A DNA stretch of 57,013 nt, the filler included, from Trypethelium eluteriae (lineage: Eukaryota): assembly GCA_051942245.1 (NCBI GenBank). It is 3 parts of 3 records of this genome, joined end to end, with 100 filler letters (N's around TTAATTAATTAA, not from the genome) between each part and the next. Parts side by side here need not be neighbours in the genome. Positions count along the whole stretch, not along the records: positions 38,122 to 57,013 come from JAVECL010000542.1; 2 more parts are not named here. One strand, 5' to 3'. The position numbers were made by a program, and so were the translations under genes. Shown in pieces: positions 49,193-57,013 of this stretch. The first letter of the stretch is position 1. Each line of letters begins with the position of its first letter. The notes under the pieces were generated by a model, which made no database searches, was not told where the DNA came from, and was given only the letters and a program-made list of their open reading frames with translations.

Positions 49193-51084
49193 TGTGCTCT
49201 CTCCCTGAGACCCCAGAGATTATCGAAATATGGCCGCAATGACAAGCAATAAAGCTTGTCGAGAGCTTATATAACACCATTTCCTGACTTGGGCTACCAG
49301 CTGTCCCATAGCCTGAGTCCATTGATCTCCCTCGCGGAACATGACATCTTTTCGGTCCCAGCTCAGCCGAAGTATTTCGACCCTCGTTCACAAGACGAAA
49401 GTTGTTGACCCGTCCATGTAACCGTGCTTGGAGACTTTCCACGTGGACCTGACTCTCAGTCTCTCCGGGGAAAAGGGACTGGGCACTCTGGGATCGGCTC
49501 CACAATTGCTCATGGCGCCTAGAGTACTAATTTCGCGAGAGGATCTAGACGGTGTGGACCTTGCATGGGTTCCCCACAGTGAACCCTATGGTCTCCGCAA
49601 CTCCGCCCCTCATCCATGGAGCTCAGCGTGGCCGCTTTAGGTAGAGAATATGAAAACCCGACGTCGAGCGCTCGGATCGAGATGTGGCGAGATTTAGGAA
49701 GCCACCGAAGCTTGGAATCGCCGAGCGCATACTCTAGAATAAGGTTACGGCGCTAGCAACGGAAGGCTTTCGTCGCATTCATCATCTTGGTATTCCGTAC
49801 GGAGTAAGGTATGTACCTATGTACTTAGGTACCTATCCCTACCCTTCTAACGACCAAAAGTCTCGTATGTTTGTGCTGTGGTTATGGTTTCCCACTGTTG
49901 AAAATTACTACTGATCTACAGACTACTGTTTTGTGCACTCAGATCAATCTTCCTTTACACCATGCAGTGATAAGAGATTGGATTAGAGTCATGGTACCGT
50001 GGGCGACCTGGCGAGGGCTGACCATCCTTTGATTGCTAGGGGCACAAAACTGTCTCGTAGGCAGGATGCCGGCGCATACAATCAACGCTTCTGTTGCTGT
50101 GCTTATAGTGACCACTTGCAAAGGCGATTCGCCGCTCGCTTGGCGCAATCTTAAGTCTGGACTAAACCAAGAAGGAACTTCTTTAACTTAGTTCTTTTTT
50201 CTCATCGTAGATAGAGGCGCATGTAAATTCATGTAATTGACGCACTAGGATGCTCCTTCCATTGGCAGGCGACATGTTGCAGCTTCAACTCATAGGTTTG
50301 GAGGAATGACTGATGGTAACACACTCGGCGCAATAGAAGATTTGTCCCGAATTTCGACTAGGTCTGGTCCACTAAGCTGATCGATAGTTTTAAATGATAC
50401 AATACACATGGATGTTTCGATTAGCGCGGTCTTCATTCCTTTACACTTTTACAGTATTTCTCCAAAACTACATGAAGGTATCCTACTATACCACCTCCTG
50501 TATGTTTGACCCGTAGACTGATTCGTCTATCTGTTGATGTCAATCCAGTGGATCCGGTGGGGAAACGCCATTACACTTATGAGACCGTGCGATGAAGCAT
50601 TCAACTACTGTTGGCTCTTTCGAAAGCCTGCAGAATACGTATGATGTACAGGAAGGCGTGCCGAATCCTTTTCTCGTCGAAGGATGGAACCAACCCTTCA
50701 TACGTCAACGCTCCCATTCCATCACAGTAATCGCAAGATCCAAGAATTACATGGATACCGTCTCGGTTCCGGAGATAGCTTCCTTCCACACACCTGTATT
50801 GTCAAGCCCAACGCTCTATCGAGAAAGCCCCCCTAAGAACAAGAAACCGAATTGTCCACAATCAAGGCGAAATAGACATTGAAAGTGAGAAAAATAAATT
50901 GGAGACCGGCTCCGCCAAAGTAGAAAAGAAAATAGTTTGGTTTTTCCGTTGTGTGCAGTGACCTAAGCGCAAGGATTCAGTAGCAGAGATGAGTTCGGGA
51001 GGGTGTTTGCGCATGGTAAAGCGACAATGAGCGAACGGTAGTGAGCGAAGGGAACTTGAAATACGTCAGTAATGTGCCAAAGCT

Positions 51085-53069
51085 TCAAGGATACAGTACG
51101 GCGGAGAAAATTTCATCTATGTCTATTTCTTCATCCACGCTCATTCCATTCGCTTCATCAGAATTGTACGACGAGGAATGCGATTGTAGCTCCTTCGATA
51201 ACTCGTCAGACACGAGGGGTAAGCTCGTGTGGCGGCTGGATGTCGGAGGCAAAGGAAACGAGGCGATCTTTTCTTTGTCGCTTCTAGTGGCTGATACAAT
51301 GCGTTGAGTCGGCGGCGGATACGTGCGTGGGCGTGTGGGATTAAGCGAGTGGAAAATCGCCTCGTGCGGCACCCTTAGAGACGCTGCCTCTTGCTGAGCT
51401 AGCATAGAGTGATTGAGATTTTTGTTTACTTCCACGGCACTTTCAAGATTGATCATGTTCTCATGAGGCGTTAGGCTATTCCTTGCAAGTGTGCGCTGAC
51501 TGTTTGCGGATTGAAAAGGCGTCCAATTGATTGCAGCAAGACCTAGACAAAGTTCAATCGTCGTCTTGGCGTCTTCTTCCTTGCCCGAAAGGGCATAGAA
51601 TTCAAGATGTTCATGAATAGTAGCCCAGTGTCGATCGTCCTCGACGCGCTGTTCCAAAATGCTGTTCCAGTGTTGAGGGTCCTCAAGAGTAGCGAACTCA
51701 AAATAAGGCTTCAGCTCTTCCTGGTTAAGGAAAGCAACAGCTATTACTCGCCTCGACCAGCTCGAGAAATCGTTGTCGTGTTCATTCGCGATGTGATTAT
51801 ACCAAACCTCACTAATAAAAGCTTGATTCCTTTCGTCTTCCTCCTGGTCTTGCTGAAACGCTATCGCCTTAGGAGTACGTGGCAACCCCGTTCCCCTTGA
51901 AGCACGTCGTGTTCTGTCCGCTGACGTGGCTGTTGCGTTCCATTCTCTCCTCCGGAAGAGTGATCCGCAAATCCCGCAAGCCATTGCAAGGTTCGGGGAA
52001 CGATATTGGCGTCTCGTGGGGTAGTTGTACTCAGGCGAAGATTGATCACCGTGCGTTCCGCTTAGATGCATTCTAATTGATTTGTATGAATCGTAATGCT
52101 TCGCGTTTGACGGGCACTGCGGGCACTCATACTTATAAAGAGCGTCGTGCTTCTCTGCGTGATGTCTGTTTCGATAACCAGCTTGCCAACTGCTTCCACC
52201 ACAGTGTGTGCATTCGTAGAGAGTTCTGGGTACACGAGCTAGTCGCTCGTCGCGAGTGGTAGCTCCTGACTGAACTTGGGAGAATGAATCGACCGTTGAA
52301 CGAGTCATAGCGGAATCGGGAGCAGCTTGCGAGGCTGCAGAAGCCGTTGCGCTGATACGGTCATTGACATTTCCCCTCTTGGCTGTCTGAGCTGAAGCCG
52401 AACTCAAGCGCATCAAGTTGGGTGAAAACGCGGCTCGCCTAGGTGATAAGTTTCTAGGATAATAGTCGATCTCACGATGAGAGGGACCAATAGCAGTAGC
52501 ATTTGCTTGGGGAATTGAATGGGTCTCAGTGCTCCTGCGGTTGAAGTATGATCTGAGGTCATGCCCATCACTCGAGTATGAAGCTGCTCCCAGACTTTCA
52601 GACTCATAGAGATTGTGTCCAACGTCTTGATTTGAATCGCTTCCCGCAAGCTTTTTCGCTGTGGAAAGGCCAGGTCGAGAGGGGTCAGAGGGCGTTGCGT
52701 ACGAAGTACGATTTGATGTGTTCGAGTAGAAGCCGGAATCTCTGTACGCCGTTGCCACTGCTGAATTCAGAATGAGAACATGCAATTGATCACGCTACCA
52801 TGCCTAGACTACTTACCCTGGTCTGTTCCGTCGTTTGCTGCCTGACGGGTCCTGCTGAAAAGCTGGCGGGCGGCAGGGTCTCGCAACACGTCGAATACAG
52901 TATTCAACTCACTCTCGGAGTAGCCATCGAACACACCGAAATGAGAAAGCCTCTGATACATCTTCAAAGTGCTTTTGACCATATCTTTGTTGATTCCAAG
53001 TATCGTTTGTAAGCGTTGATAATCCTCATCAGTGGCAAACACATCGATTGAGGTTGCCGGAAGAGCCAT
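51085..53069 (-). CDS. C2H2 zinc-finger protein
   Basis: Intron 52816-52761 joins ORF 52809-53099 to ORF 51085-52785. Fingers CTHC..RHHAEKH, CPQC..MHLSGTH and CGIC....WYNHIANEH. The start is uncertain (ATG 53069). Confidence 0.72.
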
Positions 53070-54547
53070 GTAGCATAGGACAGCTTGTAAATGCTGCACC
53101 GCGGCCTATCAGGAAACCGAGAGGATTGAGGAGATCCTTGATCTTGGGAGTGCCTGCTGTTGTTGGAGGGCTTGATTCCACAGCGTCTGGCACCCGGCTG
53201 TTGATATGGAGATGGCGTAGAATGAAGAGTGAACGAGCCAAGCAGGCAGCATAGATCAAACTCAACTCAGTAATAAGAACCCGAGATAATGGGGTGTTGA
53301 AGCAGCGCTTGTTCAGTCATTCCGATGTTACCAAAAAGCAAAAGGGAGAAATCAACCTTACGACTGCCGGACGCCGAAAAGGCAGGGCAAGTAGAACCCG
53401 AAGATTGAAGGCTGAACATCGAACTTGAGAAGTAAGCTGCATCCGCCTGTTGACATCACTCCGTGGCTTTTCAGGGCAGCAAGCTGCAAGAGGCTATACC
53501 TGCATCAGCTTCAGGGGCGCTGCAGAGTGTTGATTGGTTAGATGCCACAGCCACCCCCTCAGCGGGGTGTTTCTCAACAGGTTAAAGGTTAGGGAGGACG
53601 TTGGGTGCCTTACTGATTTCCCCGACTTTATACGGTGAGAATAGTCGCTGAAGGGAGGCAGCGACCTGCAATAGAGACACCCGCTGCTCGGCCCACCAAT
53701 GGTTACAATGAGGGATGTTGGCGGGACAAACGAGGCTCAAAATCTTACTTGGGGCTTCCAATATTGCATAGAGTTGAAGTAATTAGGATACTAGAGAGAT
53801 CTCCTACCGGTGCTTAACAAATATCGTATTGTCTTTTGTACAGTCCTGAACTCAGGTAGACCTCGTTGAGGGATCCCAAAATAAGGGGTAGGGTACCGAT
53901 ATCCTCTTTCTCCAAGCGCACCAACATCCACTTTTGCACTCTCTGATGGGCCCACGCACACTTGTTGGAGAAAGAGAAAGAACTCAAAGGTTCGGGGGTA
54001 GCCTTGCTTACATCATCATGGCCGCCGAATCGGACAGTACCACTAGCCACTGCGCTAAGAGTTGCAAAAAGAAACACGCTCGGATATACCGGCATGGCAC
54101 AGGTGGCTCAAGATCTTGCTGCAGCCATCCGACATTCGTCCAAGCTACCTAGAAGACAGAATAAGAAAGGGACGCATCGGTTGTTTTTCTTCGGCGTCCT
54201 ATCCAGCTCTTCTCCAAGGGTCTTAGGTATCGGAGAATCCGCTGAGAGGCCCTCGAGGGATATGACGAAGTCGAAATATTAGCTACCTATAGGTACCTAG
54301 GGTAGGACGAGCATTGCATCCTATCGCACCGCTTATCGTAGTACCCGCTTCTCCGACATTGAACATTGAAGCTCATCCAAGTTTGAACTCTCAACTCTGA
54401 AACTCGCATCTCTGGACAATGCAACTGATAGAGCCTGTGGCCATGATTCCTTTGGGACTGAAATTCCCTTCTCCCCCCACCTCTCTTTCATCCAATTTCT
54501 CGCTATCATAGAAGTAGGGTCAAGACTCAACGGAACAACTATCAAAG

Positions 54548-54897
54548 ATGCTAAATTCCACAAACATCACTTCAATTGCTTTACTCAACCACAATAACCA
54601 TCCAAACATCACAGTACCCACAGCCGAGATTCCGCAACTAGCCAATTTTGACGATGTCCAGGTTGTGTACTACACCTTTGCCGCTGCAGGCGCCTTCTTT
54701 GGCTGCATTTACGGCAGCTATAATGTTTACATCAAGCGCAAGAGCTATCGTCTCGAGAAAGAGCGCCTTACAGCCACGACAGCCGAGCACGAGCTAGGTG
54801 ATCTGCCAACCCGCTGAACGAATGTCGGAGATCTTTTTGCTAACAAGTCTTCGCAGGTAACATGGCTTTAGCTGCTGCTGCTCAACATGGTAACTAA
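54548..54897 (+). CDS. Small (96 aa) single-pass membrane protein with an N-glycosylated N-terminus
   Basis: N-glycosylation sequons NST, NIT and NIT; TM segment VVYYTFAAAGAFFGCIYGSYNVYI followed by KRK. A probable intron 54798-54856 (GTGATC..GCTAAC..CAG) changes the C-terminus to ELGNMALAAAAQHGN*. Confidence 0.55.
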
Positions 54898-56087
54898 TAT
54901 CGAAGGGGACGTGAAAGCTGATGACCGGCTCCTCGTCAGGTAACTGCGCTTTCTTCAGAGTGATAACAAAGGCTCGATATTAATGCGCTTGCAGACTGAC
55001 CAGATTTGTATAGGAAGACAAGGGCTAACGGAATGAAGAAAGTGGGTAGCAGACTGCCGAGGAAACACATTCTCTTAGTTCCCTTGCGTGTTTGGCTCCG
55101 TTGCTGGTATGGCAATTGGAGTTTCATGTGATATAACTCGTAGACACCTGAACTATGAAATCGGAGAACTTGACATTTCCAACGCAGGCCGAAGTGATTG
55201 ATTGAGGTTGGGCTTATGTCCCGTAGTTATCTGATAAGTGGGCAATTCGAGTTTCTAGGAGTTAGCCACTTTCAAGACGTCGTATCCTTCCAACAGCTAA
55301 TACATGGCCGACTACTTATCCCCTGACATCACCGAGTGTGGAAAACGAGAGTCCTTACAAAACACATTCTTGGCTAGTGGTTTTCCGCGGCATATTATTG
55401 AGCATCGATAGAGATATTTGCAAGCAGCATCTATCCAAAGAACACTCGGTCTTGCGGATGCCCCATAATCACGTAGTGATGTATCGTCTCAAGTATTTTT
55501 CCAAGGGCTACGAGAGCCAGGCTACGCAAGCTTTTTCAGCGACTTGTCGTTGCGAGCGAACAGAAGGCAACAGCATCGAAGCACAAGATTCGGCAGCATT
55601 TTAGGACGTTCACGTTGCCATCGCGGAGTTTCAAGACGTGATACAGAAGTCGTCGTTATTATTGGATGAATTCAATTGTGAGATCAATCCCGTCCGTTGA
55701 GATGCAGAAAGGCCGCGCTACCTAATGCCATGCCAAAATACCGAGCCTGCATGTGCACACCCTTCTCCGCCTGCGAACTGATATTCGCTAAAAGAGTTCA
55801 ACCCCCTCTGCTCCGCTATGCAATATGATGAAAAAAATTATCAAAAGGAGATAGTTCGCCCTAGAAAAATGCAAGAGAGAACAATAGGATCGAGAACTGG
55901 GTATCAAAGTAGAAATATTTCCTGGCGGAAGCTCAGAACCATGAGCACCAGCAGAAGCATGCCGTTTCGAAAGAATTAATGTCCCTGGGTCATTGGCCGT
56001 AAACATACTCACACTCAAGACAAGCCCTCAAAGACTCGCTCTTCTCTCTTAGCTCTCCCCAACCCATCTATCCGTTCATTCCTCCCT

Positions 56088-57013
56088 TCATGACATGACC
56101 AACTTCTCCCCCTCCAAGAAGTTTCCATGCTCCTCAGGAATCACACTATCCCTGCCCCTCCCCGCGATCCCCACCCGATCCCTAATCATCCGATCCAGTA
56201 TCCTCGTCATCTCATCCACACTCTTCCCTCCCTTCTTCTGCCCCGCTGCTGCCGCCGCCGCTGCCGTCGCCCCATTCCCCTCCCCTTGCAACCCAACAGG
56301 ACTCAGCGGCGCCGTCGCCGGCGGCGGTCCAATCGACGCATGCCCCAACGCACTCGCCCGCCCCCCTTGCCCCTGTCCTTGTGCCGCGGCCGCAGAAAAA
56401 CTCCCCGCACTGGCCGACGAGGCGCGCGCCAGCGTTAGCGGATTCGTGTTGCTCGTCGTGCTCGCATTACGTCGGAGCTCTCCCGCGGCGGCGGCGCCAC
56501 CCCAAAGCGTCGAGGCCCGGCGGGACTCGCCTCCCGACGCAGCTGACGGCGAAGCAGTCTCGGCGCTAGCAAGGTCGGCGACATCGCGCTTGCGGGCAGC
56601 GCTGCGGAGGGCGGCGAGCATGCGCTCCTTGTCGTCGAGGCGGGAGCGGAGCTCGGCGATCTCGGCATCTTTTTCGCGGAGGAGGCTGTCGATTCCGAGA
56701 GCTTCGCTAGCAGCACCCCCGCTTTCCTCGCTGACGCGGCGTGCATGAGGGGAGAAGCCGGCGGAGAGGCGGGAATGCGAGGAGCGGCGGGCTTGGAGGA
56801 GGCGCTTTTCGAGGGTGGAGATGTAGCGGTTTTTGTCGGCGAGGTCGGCCTGGAGGGCGCGGATGTGGGCGGCGGAGGAGGCGATGCCTTCGCCGTTGGA
56901 GCCGATGCTGGAGGTTTCTTCGTCGTGAGGGTCGGGGCCCTGCGAATGGGAGTGGGAGTGAGAATGGGAAATGGAGACGGCGGTCCCGCTGCTGCCGACG
57001 GGGAGGGAGGCGG
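56088..57013 (-). CDS. Conserved-type fungal coiled-coil hypothetical protein; 3' part, start outside the window
   Basis: Open frame to the window edge: HIRALQADLADKNRYISTLEKRLLQARRSSHSR...LLREKDAEIAELRSRLDDKERMLAALRSAARKRD...KSVDEMTRILDRMIRDRV, with strong codon bias. Confidence 0.75.
   Translation of the reverse strand, partial: ASLPVGSSGTAVSISHSHSHSHSQGPDPHDEETSSIGSNGEGIASSAAHIRALQADLADKNRYISTLEKRLLQARRSSHSRLSAGFSPHARRVSEESGGAASEALGIDSLLREKDAEIAELRSRLDDKERMLAALRSAARKRDVADLASAETASPSAASGGESRRASTLWGGAAAAGELRRNASTTSNTNPLTLARASSASAGSFSAAAAQGQGQGGRASALGHASIGPPPATAPLSPVGLQGEGNGATAAAAAAAGQKKGGKSVDEMTRILDRMIRDRVGIAGRGRDSVIPEEHGNFLEGEKLVMS

Noticed and set aside
49790..49845. Palindromic TCCGTACGGA / TAGGTACCTA motifs (also 54281-54306)
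   Set aside because: Common short intergenic palindromes in filamentous ascomycetes, with no evidence of a mobile element end.
53814..54095. 93-aa ORF with a signal-peptide-like N-terminus
   Set aside because: The remainder has no recognisable features, so chance occurrence is likely without expression data.

Overview
This is a 57 kb stretch of a filamentous ascomycete (Pezizomycotina) nuclear genome. The evidence is short GT-AG introns of about 47-70 nt with CTRAY branch sites and a fungal gene set. The window joins three contigs with artificial 100-nt N44-TTAATTAATTAA-N44 spacers at 19011-19110 and 38022-38121. I reconstructed about 28 protein-coding genes by splicing them by hand. Housekeeping genes include sconB/MET30, ATG17, RIO1, SMC3, a DCG1-like racemase, TIM9, a Sac7/Bag7-type RhoGAP, PCC1, ZW10, CYM1 and POL31. 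Accessory or secreted genes include an MRJP/yellow protein, a HET-domain protein with a membrane tail, a But2-domain protein, a GPI-type mucin, an HSL esterase, bZIP-DUF3425, an F-box protein, an atypical kinase, a GH106-like glycosidase, a C2H2 protein and several microproteins. Several genes are absent or fragmentary in the ORF track. The most notable observations are: (1) a strongly structured intergenic ncRNA candidate with UNCG tetraloops and an H/ACA-type 3' hairpin (about 38940-39157); (2) a duplicated DVCPSATYV peptide in the SconB WD40 loop, identical in amino acids but different at 7 of 9 codons; (3) a TIM9 first intron that needs a GG donor; (4) a membrane-tailed HET protein whose long intron hides an in-frame ORF. 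I found no intact transposon, tRNA, rRNA or CRISPR array. Family assignments come from recognised motifs, not database searches.
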